32,000 nt of DNA, taken from the NCBI GenBank assembly GCA_046881885.1, contig JBKSMP010000024.1:60001-92000 (forward strand). The letters run 5' to 3'. Under the pieces are notes generated by a model. It had not been told where the DNA came from. It saw nothing but the letters and a program-made list of their open reading frames with translations, and ran no database searches. Source of the DNA: Opitutales bacterium. GTDB taxonomy: Bacteria > Verrucomicrobiota > Verrucomicrobiia > Opitutales > UBA9783. The position numbers were made by a program, and so were the translations under genes. This document shows, one piece after another, positions 9,280-17,475 of the stretch (position 1 is its first letter; the number at the start of each line of letters is the position of its first letter).

Positions 9280-9689
9280 AGCTTTTAAAAAGACTTTATT
9301 ATTACTGCAAATTCCTCCAAAAGTATGTTCGTAACGCCAATGTTCGTAAGGGGTTTCGCGGAGAACAAGCAGCAGCGCGGTATTTACGAAAATCGAAGTA
9401 TCGTATCCTTGAACGCAACTGGACTTTTGGTATCTACGAAGTCGACATGATTGCCGAGAAAAATAATTGCCTCGTCTTTGTTGAAGTTCGTGGACGTAGT
9501 GAAACAAGCTTGCAAAGCGGTTTTGACTCGGTCAATAGAAGAAAAAAACAAGCCCTTCGAATGGTAATAAAACACTATTTACGTACCCATCGCACCTATC
9601 TAACCTATCGATTCGACATCATTTCAATTACCTGGTCATCTACCGGTAAAATTCGCTCACTTAATCATTACGAAAATGTGAGTTTGTGA
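9276..9689 (+). CDS. yraN: YraN family (UPF0102) endonuclease-like protein
   Basis: GEQAAARYL...ILERNW....EVDMIAE....LVFVEVRGR is the YraN signature. No in-frame ATG lies upstream of the motif, so the TTG start overlapping the pssA stop is assumed. Confidence 0.8.
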   Translation: MKLLKRLYYYCKFLQKYVRNANVRKGFRGEQAAARYLRKSKYRILERNWTFGIYEVDMIAEKNNCLVFVEVRGRSETSLQSGFDSVNRRKKQALRMVIKHYLRTHRTYLTYRFDIISITWSSTGKIRSLNHYENVSL

Positions 9690-9717
9690 AATTTCAAAGA
9701 TATAACTCCAAATAAAA

Positions 9718-9742
9718 AAGACTGCATTTTTACTGCAGTCTT
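9718..9742 (-). terminator. Rho-independent terminator (aagactgca-tttttac-tgcagtctt)
   Basis: 9-bp perfect stem. On the minus strand it is followed by ttttttattt, directly downstream of the Cys-rich gene. It may also stop yraN transcription from the other side. Confidence 0.6.
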
Positions 9743-9765
9743 AAAATTTTACAATCTAACAAAAA

Positions 9766-10101
9766 TTACTTTACTTGACCACAACGAGGACATGGAGTAC
9801 CTTCCTCTGCTATGCTGTGCATTCTGCAATTTGGACACCAAGAAAACATATTTTCATCTCCGGCACCTGCTTGTTCGCCTTTTACTTGACCACAACGAGG
9901 ACATGGAGTACCTTCCTCTGCTATGCTGTGCATTTTGCAATTTGGACACCAAGAAAAAGCATTTTCATGCATACAAAGAGGACAATAACTTTCTTCTGCC
10001 TGCAATCCATGTTGTGGGCAATTATAAGGCTCTGCTTGACAAAATAAACTTACCAATCCAAACATTGGCAACACCAACAATTTACTATTTTTCATATTCA
10101 T
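9766..10101 (-). CDS. Small secreted Cys-rich protein with repeated zinc-ribbon-like units
   Basis: Signal peptide MKNSKLLVLPMFGLVSLFCQA. It is followed by CPQH..CPLC and two copies of FSWCPNC(K/R)MHSIAEEGTPCPRCGQVK. A terminator lies downstream on the same strand. The start is uncertain (ATG at 10101 or 10095, GTG at 10119). Confidence 0.6.
   Translation of the reverse strand: MNMKNSKLLVLPMFGLVSLFCQAEPYNCPQHGLQAEESYCPLCMHENAFSWCPNCKMHSIAEEGTPCPRCGQVKGEQAGAGDENMFSWCPNCRMHSIAEEGTPCPRCGQVK
9771..9968. repeat. Tandem direct duplication, period 111 bp, inside the Cys-rich gene
   Basis: 9771-9857 and 9882-9968 align over about 87 nt with 4 mismatches by eye, and the first 53 nt are identical. 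The period of 111 bp equals 37 codons, so the reading frame is preserved. Confidence 0.9.
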
Positions 10102-10180
10102 ATACAATAACAATTTCACAAAAAACTACACACACAAAGAATATTGTCAACAAAATAAATCATATTTTTCATTTAAATAT

Positions 10181-10675
10181 TCATTCAATAAACTCTTGAT
10201 CTAAATCCTCAAAAGGTCGATAAAAATGCTTCTTTTTATCCGATAGCGCTTCATGTTTTTGCGAAGAATAGGAACAATAGGTATCGAATTCTCGACTGAA
10301 TGCTTCTGGAGAAATGACTACACATTTGTGGGCAAAAAGGGCATCACGAAGCATTAAATCGCGCGTAACAATGGTTAAATAAGGGCGTAAATTAGGTAAG
10401 GTTTGACGAACAAGGGTCAAAATAGTTCCGTCAGCATTAAAGCCTTGCGGGCTATACAAAACACGAACGCGTGGATGTATTTCTCTAGGGCCTTCTCGGT
10501 GTACATTATCATCGAAAACAATCGTCACATGTTTATCACCCAAGGCTTGGAATTGCCCTACCCAACTAATAAAGCGTTCGCGAGCTAATTCAAATGACAA
10601 AGATGACTGCAACCAATGCAAGGCATGCATTACATTGTAGCCATCTAAAATCCAATGATGCAGTGCTTGGGTCAT
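10181..10675 (-). CDS. NYN-domain (YacP/Rae1-like) putative ribonuclease
   Basis: WILDGYNVMHA...ARERFISWVGQF...VTIVFD...ADGTIL...IVTRD is collinear with YacP-like NYN proteins. ATGA overlap with the upstream gene. Confidence 0.7.
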   Translation of the reverse strand: MTQALHHWILDGYNVMHALHWLQSSLSFELARERFISWVGQFQALGDKHVTIVFDDNVHREGPREIHPRVRVLYSPQGFNADGTILTLVRQTLPNLRPYLTIVTRDLMLRDALFAHKCVVISPEAFSREFDTYCSYSSQKHEALSDKKKHFYRPFEDLDQEFIE

Positions 10676-12297
10676 TTATGCTGACCGCTATTCATGGCAT
10701 CTTCTAGAATCTCATGCAAAACGGCATTCGATTGAACTTGCTTTTGATGCATGAGATAATTTTGCTTAAATTTCTTAAAATCTTCGCTTTCTTCAGTGAT
10801 CTCACCTAACTTCTGCTGCGTACACTTAAACAACACAACGGTATCATCAACACCTGGATAAGCTTTCGACCACTGATTGAGTGGCAAGCGCCCCATACCC
10901 TGCATAAATTCAAAGATAGCATATGGTTGCAGCAATTCATACAAAACCTTAAATCCATTTTCTAAAGAAAAATCTTCAAGGGTCTTGGTTTCTAATTTAA
11001 AAGCTGTTTTAGCTTTTTCCAAGTTAGAATCTTGCAATAAGCTTACTAATTGCTCTACCTTTGCACCAAAAGCTTTTTCGCGCTTAAACAGCTTAACATC
11101 GGCAGTAAGGCGTTCACGCACCTCATCCATTTCAGGAATATAGGAGGGAATAAACTTCTTTAAGGCCACTAAAACAACACCTTTTTTAACACGCATCGGC
11201 TCACTTAAGAAATGGTCTTCGGAAAGTTCAAATGCTTTTAGAAGAACGTCCTCTGGCAATCCTTTATTTTTAGGCAAAGTATCCCGCGTATAAGGTGCAA
11301 GCGAATGGATGCAACGCACATCGTTTTTATCCAATAATTGCTTCCAAAGTTCACTTTCGTACGCAATTGATTGGTTATAAACCGTCAATGCCAAGTCCAT
11401 CGCACTCTGCTCAGCCAATACAAAAAGCTGCTCTTCTGTCCAAGCGGCTTTGACCTGTTCTTTTACCTCAGAAAAAACAACTTCCTTATCCTTCTCACCT
11501 TTAAAATTGTTTTTGTGTTCATTGAAGTAGTTTTCCAAAATTTCATCTGTCACAACAGGTAAAGAAGCCGCATAATTCTTAGTATCAAAGAACAAAAGCA
11601 CCACATCCGCTTTTTGACCTACACGATAATCTTCTTGGTGATCCTCAAAATACTCGCGTAAGTCCGCCTCTGCTACTTGTTCAGGCACAACTTCTTCATT
11701 TTTTACCACAAAGTACTCGAAGTTGTAATGGGCCTTCGCATGCTTAAATAAAGCCTCACATTCTTGCGGCAACACAAATCCTGTTCTTTGTAAAACGTCA
11801 CGCACTTGCGCACATAAACAATCTTCTTCCAACAATTGGCGCAAGGAAAAGGTTTTTCCAAACATTTGCTTCACATTGCTTAAGTAGGTATTGTAAACAT
11901 CTGGACTAAATTGCTGCTTTTCATCCCAAAACAAAGGCAATTTTTGTAAAAAAGCCTGCAAAGCTTCCTCATTGGGAGTTGGCAAACGCAACTGTTGGGC
12001 CATGCCCAATAAAAACAAGCGATAAAAAGCATAACCTTGCGCAGCCTCCATCCAGGCATTTTCTTCATTACCCGTCTGCAAAGCAATACTCAAAGCACCG
12101 TTACGAACAACAGTTTCAAGCTGTTTGCGGTCATTCAAATTATACCCAAACAACTTCATTGCACGCATCTTTTTACCGGCAACCAATCCGGGCGTACTTC
12201 CAATCGTAAACACGAAAGGCACAACAATAACCACCAAGAGAAATCCAAACAACCATTTGCGATTTTTCTCTAAAAATATCTGTATCCCACTTAACAT
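10672..12297 (-). CDS. PpiD/SurA-N-like periplasmic chaperone, membrane anchored
   Basis: The N-terminus MLSGIQIFLEKNRKWLFGFLLVVIVVPFVFTIGS is the typical PpiD anchor, followed by a long helical body. I could not recognise a parvulin catalytic motif. Confidence 0.55.
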   Translation of the reverse strand: MLSGIQIFLEKNRKWLFGFLLVVIVVPFVFTIGSTPGLVAGKKMRAMKLFGYNLNDRKQLETVVRNGALSIALQTGNEENAWMEAAQGYAFYRLFLLGMAQQLRLPTPNEEALQAFLQKLPLFWDEKQQFSPDVYNTYLSNVKQMFGKTFSLRQLLEEDCLCAQVRDVLQRTGFVLPQECEALFKHAKAHYNFEYFVVKNEEVVPEQVAEADLREYFEDHQEDYRVGQKADVVLLFFDTKNYAASLPVVTDEILENYFNEHKNNFKGEKDKEVVFSEVKEQVKAAWTEEQLFVLAEQSAMDLALTVYNQSIAYESELWKQLLDKNDVRCIHSLAPYTRDTLPKNKGLPEDVLLKAFELSEDHFLSEPMRVKKGVVLVALKKFIPSYIPEMDEVRERLTADVKLFKREKAFGAKVEQLVSLLQDSNLEKAKTAFKLETKTLEDFSLENGFKVLYELLQPYAIFEFMQGMGRLPLNQWSKAYPGVDDTVVLFKCTQQKLGEITEESEDFKKFKQNYLMHQKQVQSNAVLHEILEDAMNSGQHK

Positions 12298-12307
12298 CTT
12301 TTATTCC

Positions 12308-13402
12308 TTACCATTCAAATTTATCATCAGCTTTCAAAGAACGCACAAATTCAGCTAACAACTGGATTGTCCATTCAATATCATCCAAACAAGCCACTTC
12401 ATGTGGTGTGTGCATATAACGCAAGGGAATGCTGACCAAACCTGCCGCAACACCTTCTCGCGACAATTGAATAACGCGCGCATCTGTACCTGTAGGTCCC
12501 GATTCAGCCTCAACTTGATACGGAATCTTTAAGCGTTCTGCACAGGCTTTTAATTTCGAGAAAACAACCGGACAAATATTCGGTCCACGGGTTATAATGG
12601 GCCCTGCACCTAGCTTATAATCCCCCAACTTATTACTGTCACCATCCGGAAAATCCGTTGCATGCCCAACATCAACAGCAATTCCTACATCTGGATGAAC
12701 CCCATAAGTTGCTGTTACGGCTCCACGCGTTCCAATTTCCTCTTGTGTCGTCGCTACCGCCGTTAAGGATGCCGTCATTGTTTCCTTAGACAAACGACGT
12801 AGAACTTCGTGTACCACATAAGCTCCTCCGCGATCGTCAATACCGCGTGCACATAAAAATCCATTATCAATATAAAACGGCTCATTATCGTAAACCGCTA
12901 CATCACCAATAGAAACCTTCTTCAAAGCTTCTTCTTTTGACGTTGCCCCAATATCGATCCACAACGAATGTAATTTAGGCATTTGTTTACGCTCTTCCGC
13001 AGTCAACAAATGAATCGCACGACGACCGGTTATCCCGTAAACATAGCCTTTTTCGGTCAAAATCCGAACCTTACGACCGGAAATTAAACCCACATCATGC
13101 CCACCAATCGTATCAAAGAACAAAAAACCATCCTTGCTAATATGACGAATAATAAAACCAATTTCATCCATATGTCCCGCCATTAAAACCCGCGGAGACC
13201 CTTTCGAATGAATGGTTGCAATACGATTACCTAAAACATCTTTTTTTAAAGATTCTGCATGTGGAGCCACATGTTTTTCAATAACAGCTTGTGCTTCAAA
13301 TTCGCAACCTGATGGTGACGATGAACCTAATAAATCAAGTAAAAATGCATCCGCAACTGTTTTTAACGGCTTTCTAGACTTTGTATCAGACTTATTTTTC
13401 AT
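12308..13402 (-). CDS. M42 family metallopeptidase (glutamyl aminopeptidase / FrvX-like)
   Basis: LMAGHMDEIGF, FDTIGG, RGIDDRGG, TTQEEIGTRGA and the C-terminal PLRYMHTP blocks are typical of the M42 family. Confidence 0.85.
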   Translation of the reverse strand: MKNKSDTKSRKPLKTVADAFLLDLLGSSSPSGCEFEAQAVIEKHVAPHAESLKKDVLGNRIATIHSKGSPRVLMAGHMDEIGFIIRHISKDGFLFFDTIGGHDVGLISGRKVRILTEKGYVYGITGRRAIHLLTAEERKQMPKLHSLWIDIGATSKEEALKKVSIGDVAVYDNEPFYIDNGFLCARGIDDRGGAYVVHEVLRRLSKETMTASLTAVATTQEEIGTRGAVTATYGVHPDVGIAVDVGHATDFPDGDSNKLGDYKLGAGPIITRGPNICPVVFSKLKACAERLKIPYQVEAESGPTGTDARVIQLSREGVAAGLVSIPLRYMHTPHEVACLDDIEWTIQLLAEFVRSLKADDKFEW

Positions 13403-13940
13403 AATGAATCGACTCTTTTAATTTTAGGACAACGTCATCGGATGTCAATCTTTGTATGATCTCAAATGCAAATGGAAAAGCAGCCCCAGGACCTCTTGCC
13501 GTAATTACGTTTTCATGAACTACCACACTTTTTTGAGCATCGCAACCTTCCAATACCGATTCCACACAAGCATGCGCCGTAAAGTTTTCTGGCAAACACC
13601 CTGCAGCTTTCAGTACAATCGGAGCCGCACAAATAGCCGCAACCAATTTCTTCTGCCCATAAAAATATTGAATTAATTTCAAAACCTCTGCATGGTCTTG
13701 CAAATCAAAAACTCCAGGGCCTCCTGGCAAAATAAATCCATCAAAACGCTCCACATCCAACGAACTGAGCAAAGCATCTGCCCGACAACTCATCTCATGC
13801 GCCCCTTTCACTTCAAACTCTTGCCCCAAACTCGCTACAACAACCTCTACGCCTACACGCCGCAAAAGATCAATCGGAACAAACGCCTCAACCTCTTCAA
13901 ACCCCGGAAACAAAAGTACTAAAATTTGCTTTTTTGCCAT
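13392..13940 (-). CDS. DJ-1/PfpI family protein
   Basis: ILVLLFPGFEEVEA, ILPGGPG and the nucleophile elbow AAICAAP. The ATG at 13940 (MAKKQILVLL) fits family N-termini better than the ATG at 13955. Confidence 0.85.
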   Translation of the reverse strand: MAKKQILVLLFPGFEEVEAFVPIDLLRRVGVEVVVASLGQEFEVKGAHEMSCRADALLSSLDVERFDGFILPGGPGVFDLQDHAEVLKLIQYFYGQKKLVAAICAAPIVLKAAGCLPENFTAHACVESVLEGCDAQKSVVVHENVITARGPGAAFPFAFEIIQRLTSDDVVLKLKESIHYEK

Positions 13941-14035
13941 GCACAAAAAGTACATCTTTTACAAGATTTTGTAAAGCTTATTTTTGTTTTATTTTTTATT
14001 GACAACAATAGACAAAAAAGGAAGCATACACTTCC

Positions 14036-15358
14036 ATGTTTAAATTAAACTTACACTTATTTGCAATAACAACAACTCTCACATTAACTACATTTGGAAT
14101 CACAACCCAACAAGAAATTGAGGATTGGATATGTAAAACAGCTGGATATATAACCGCAATACAACAGAATACTTACGGATGCCCAGACTATATCGAATGC
14201 TATTCAGATGTTTCCCCATCTTTAACCCTTGAAACACCTCCTCCAATATCTCAAAAATCTGAAAACAATTTTCTAAAATACTCTAGAGAAGCAAACGAAG
14301 CAGAGTGTCAAATTGCAGGCATAGATAATTTGCGCATCATCGACTTTGACTCCATTGTTAATGGCTTTGATCCTGAATTAAAAGCTTACGCAATTAAACT
14401 TTCTCAAAACGATACATTTTTACAAGAAGAATTAGACAAATGGATCCAAAATCGAAAAATTCTTACCTCCATAAATATCTACAATTGGAAAACTTACCAA
14501 AGCCAAGAAGGATTTTACAAAGTAAGTAAAACTGTAGAAAATCGCTATAAAAAAACTTTAAAGCAAAAGATGCAAACTTTATGCCAACATGATGTTTCAA
14601 GGCAAGTTGTTTGTTTAACACTTTGTATGGATATTTTTGCTTCAAGACCACTTAGTTTTGAACTAGGTCGCGAGTCTGATGCTGAATATAATATACGTTA
14701 CGAAAGATTACGTAATGCCATAACAGATGATATGCCATTTACGATTCCCTTTTCGCTTTGTTTATGCCATGAATTAAAACATATGATTCACGAGAATCTA
14801 GGGATTGTAAGTAGTTATAATTTGTACGATAATTTCACGGGAAACTTTGAAAGAAACTTATTTCAATTGGAAAATTATTTCGAAAATTTTCCTGAAACCA
14901 TACAACTTTCAAAACGCACATACAATGGCATTTTCGAAGGACTCATTAGATGGATTGAAAAAGATGAAATACTATCAACAAACACACAAAAATTATTTGA
15001 TTATGCCCAAATTTCAAAAGATTGGTCTGATTTGGATGAAGTATTTAACATTATTGGATTCGCTAAAGTAGGTAATGATATTTATGTAAATCGACTTTCT
15101 GATTTTGATATGTATAAAACACCTCGTTGGGGCCATGGAAAATTCAACCCAACAGAAAATTTAGAATCCGAACCCAGCGAAACACCAGGCATTTTTGAAA
15201 CTTTACAAGAAATTTACAAACAGGATATTACAGTACCAAACGAAACATATTGGGATATCTGGTGTAAATTACACAATAGAGTCAATATAGATTATTTTTG
15301 CTACCGAACAATAAGTGATATTGAAGCGTGTTTGCAAAAAATGATATTTAAAGATTAA
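14036..15358 (+). CDS. Secreted putative zinc metalloprotease (HExxH), effector-like
   Basis: Hydrophobic N-terminal leader MFKLNLHLFAITTTLTLTTFG. Zincin motif CLCHELKHMIHENLG, with HExxH at 14768-14782. The downstream W.DLDEVFNIIG...VNRLSDF...WGH block is shared with the N-terminal half of the 561-aa OTU protein. Confidence 0.55.
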   Translation: MFKLNLHLFAITTTLTLTTFGITTQQEIEDWICKTAGYITAIQQNTYGCPDYIECYSDVSPSLTLETPPPISQKSENNFLKYSREANEAECQIAGIDNLRIIDFDSIVNGFDPELKAYAIKLSQNDTFLQEELDKWIQNRKILTSINIYNWKTYQSQEGFYKVSKTVENRYKKTLKQKMQTLCQHDVSRQVVCLTLCMDIFASRPLSFELGRESDAEYNIRYERLRNAITDDMPFTIPFSLCLCHELKHMIHENLGIVSSYNLYDNFTGNFERNLFQLENYFENFPETIQLSKRTYNGIFEGLIRWIEKDEILSTNTQKLFDYAQISKDWSDLDEVFNIIGFAKVGNDIYVNRLSDFDMYKTPRWGHGKFNPTENLESEPSETPGIFETLQEIYKQDITVPNETYWDIWCKLHNRVNIDYFCYRTISDIEACLQKMIFKD

Positions 15359-15375
15359 GTCCATATCGCACATAA

Positions 15376-15410
15376 AAAACCTAAAAGTATTGCTTTTAGG
15401 TTTTAAATTG
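15376..15410 (+). terminator. Rho-independent terminator
   Basis: aaaacctaaaag-tattg-cttttaggtttt gives a 12-bp stem running into a T-rich tail (ttttaaattgttt), 18 nt after the stop codon. Confidence 0.65.
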
Positions 15411-15424
15411 TTTATGATGTTTTA

Positions 15425-16414
15425 ATGAAGGTAAAATTTTGGGGTACTCGAGGTTCGCTGCCGTCTACCTTTACGACAGCACACTTACAACAATTCTTAA
15501 AAAAGGGCTTAGCCTATGCTCTCGATAAAAAAACGGGGATAAAACCCAATCAATCGCTTGAGGATTACATCGCCGCCATGCCTTCTCATTTAGCCCATAC
15601 ATATGGCGTCAATACCTCTTGTATCACGATTGAAAGCGGTGTAGAAAACGAATATATCATTTGTGATGCAGGTACAGGATTAAGAGACTTCGGCTTAGCT
15701 TATGCCAAAAGTGGATTGCTCCGTAAACCAGCGACCTTTCACTTATTTTTAACCCACTTGCATTGGGATCATATCCAAGGATTTCCGTTCTTTGTTCCGA
15801 TTTACGTACCAGGTAATAAAATTATTATTCATGGCTATCATCATAATATCGAAGAATACATTACCAAACAGATGAATCCTCCCTGTTATCCAGTACCTTT
15901 AGGAGCATTGGGAGCTGAAATCATCTTTGATATAAAATTACCTTGGGAAACCTTTGATGTCTGTGGTTTTTCCATTCGTACCATCCAACAAAATCACCCT
16001 GGAATTTCTTTTGGTTATCGCTTTGAAAAAGAAGGCAAGGTAGTCGTCTATTCAACCGATTGTGAACATACCGAAAACGCTCACGAAGATGGTTATCCCT
16101 TTATCGACTTCTTCAGGAACGCAGACATATTACTATTCGACGCCATGTATACATTAGCAACCGCTAGTGTTCTAAAAGCTAATTGGGGCCATTCAAACAA
16201 CTTCATGGGAGTTAAACTTGCATCAAAAGCTAAAGTCAAACACCTGTTTCTATTCCATCATGAACCCACAAGTGATGACGATTTATTGAATCAATTTTTG
16301 ACAAACACCATAGCTTATGCCGACTTTTACCATAAAGAACGAAAAGCAAAAGCATCCGATCGTTATCCATTAAAAATTTCACTTGCTTATGATGGGCAAG
16401 AAATTGAGATATGA
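15425..16414 (+). CDS. MBL-fold metallo-hydrolase
   Basis: HxHxDH motif LTHLHWDHIQG, a later D/H ligand pattern (STDCEH, GHSN, FHHEP), and length 329 aa. Confidence 0.8.
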   Translation: MKVKFWGTRGSLPSTFTTAHLQQFLKKGLAYALDKKTGIKPNQSLEDYIAAMPSHLAHTYGVNTSCITIESGVENEYIICDAGTGLRDFGLAYAKSGLLRKPATFHLFLTHLHWDHIQGFPFFVPIYVPGNKIIIHGYHHNIEEYITKQMNPPCYPVPLGALGAEIIFDIKLPWETFDVCGFSIRTIQQNHPGISFGYRFEKEGKVVVYSTDCEHTENAHEDGYPFIDFFRNADILLFDAMYTLATASVLKANWGHSNNFMGVKLASKAKVKHLFLFHHEPTSDDDLLNQFLTNTIAYADFYHKERKAKASDRYPLKISLAYDGQEIEI

Positions 16415-16986
16415 AACGCGGCTTTACGTTAGTTGAAATGGTTCTTGTGTTGGTCATTGTGTCCATATTGGCACAATTGACCAACGTAGCCATGAAAGCA
16501 AGACGCGAAGATGCCATTGTCGACGTCTTAACTGAATACATACAAATTTTCGTAGGTGCCATGCGTATGTATTATTATAACCACAACGGGGACTTTCCTT
16601 CAGATTTTTCAAATGGCGCCGAGCTTAAAACCGTAACCTCCTTAAAACCTTATTTACCAAGAAGTTTTTCCAGCTTTAAAATGGTTGAAAACTGTACGGT
16701 AACAGCCTACGTAAAGGAAAAAACTGATGAAAACTCAGGTACAACGACAGAAAGTGAAAGTGAAAACACAGGCGTGCAAGAACTAGTTGGTTATGGCATT
16801 GTCGCAACCGGCATTAATAATAAAAAAACTTTAGAAAAACTTAAGGATCAGTTACTTTTAGAAGTTAACATGAAAGATTCGAATACAAAAGGAAACAGGG
16901 AAGTACTCTTGGACCTTATACAAATTATTCCCCAAGAAGGCAAATTTATCTTTTACCTAAAAACAGACAACAAAAGCTACTTATAA
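16411..16986 (+). CDS. Prepilin-type N-terminal cleavage/methylation domain protein (pseudopilin/pilin-like)
   Basis: MKRGFTLVEMVLVLVIVSILA carries the G|FTLVE class III signal. ATGA overlap with the MBL hydrolase stop. Confidence 0.8.
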   Translation: MKRGFTLVEMVLVLVIVSILAQLTNVAMKARREDAIVDVLTEYIQIFVGAMRMYYYNHNGDFPSDFSNGAELKTVTSLKPYLPRSFSSFKMVENCTVTAYVKEKTDENSGTTTESESENTGVQELVGYGIVATGINNKKTLEKLKDQLLLEVNMKDSNTKGNREVLLDLIQIIPQEGKFIFYLKTDNKSYL

Positions 16987-17472
16987 GTGTTCTCTAGATA
17001 AAACTTCTAAAGTATGCGTCGTACTTTTCCCTGGCAAAAAAGGCGTAAAAACGATTTTTGCATTACAAGCTTCCAATACAGAACGCTCTTTTGGATTTAA
17101 CTTTTCCAAGGAATAATCGCCAGACTTCACATAAACGTCAGGTTTTATTAGCTGCATTTCTTGCGCTAAATCGCTGCCATCAAAGATAAAAACACCCTGA
17201 ACACATTCTAGAGCATTCAGCAGATACAAACGTTCTTCTTGAGAATAAATAGGACGCTTAGGACCCTTTAAACGCTTAACACTTGCATCCGAATTGATTC
17301 CGACCCAAAGGACATCCCCATAACGAGCTGCTTGTTCTAGCGCATAAATATGGCCTGCATGCAGCAAATCAAAACAGCCATTTGTAAGCACTAAGGTTTT
17401 GCCTGACTCCTTCAAAGCAACCCGACTATCGGCCAATTTATCAATAGGAATCGATTTTTTTGCTGCAAACAT
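16981..17472 (-). CDS. rfaE2: D-glycero-beta-D-manno-heptose 1-phosphate adenylyltransferase (RfaE domain II-type cytidylyltransferase)
   Basis: LVLTNGCFDLLHAGHIYALEQA...VGINSDASVKRLKGPKRPI..ER is the standalone HldE C-terminal domain signature. Confidence 0.85.
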   Translation of the reverse strand: MFAAKKSIPIDKLADSRVALKESGKTLVLTNGCFDLLHAGHIYALEQAARYGDVLWVGINSDASVKRLKGPKRPIYSQEERLYLLNALECVQGVFIFDGSDLAQEMQLIKPDVYVKSGDYSLEKLNPKERSVLEACNAKIVFTPFLPGKSTTHTLEVLSREHL

Positions 17473-17475
17473 AAC

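Noticed and set aside
9771-9968. 111-bp tandem repeat considered as a CRISPR or minisatellite regulatory repeat.
   Set aside because: There are only two units. They are in-frame inside a coding sequence and encode a duplicated protein module.
9775-10199. Plus-strand ORFs of 90 and 135 aa with repeated MEYLPLLCCAFCNLDTKK.
   Set aside because: They are mirror images of the duplicated minus-strand Cys-rich gene. The minus-strand ORF has the signal peptide, coherent CPxC units and a same-strand terminator, whereas the plus-strand products are low-complexity with no start context.
13958-13975. 7-bp-arm inverted repeat (tttacaa-gatt-ttgtaaa) just upstream of the DJ-1 gene.
   Set aside because: It is short, made only of A/T, and likely to arise by chance in this composition. 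There is no second copy to suggest an operator.
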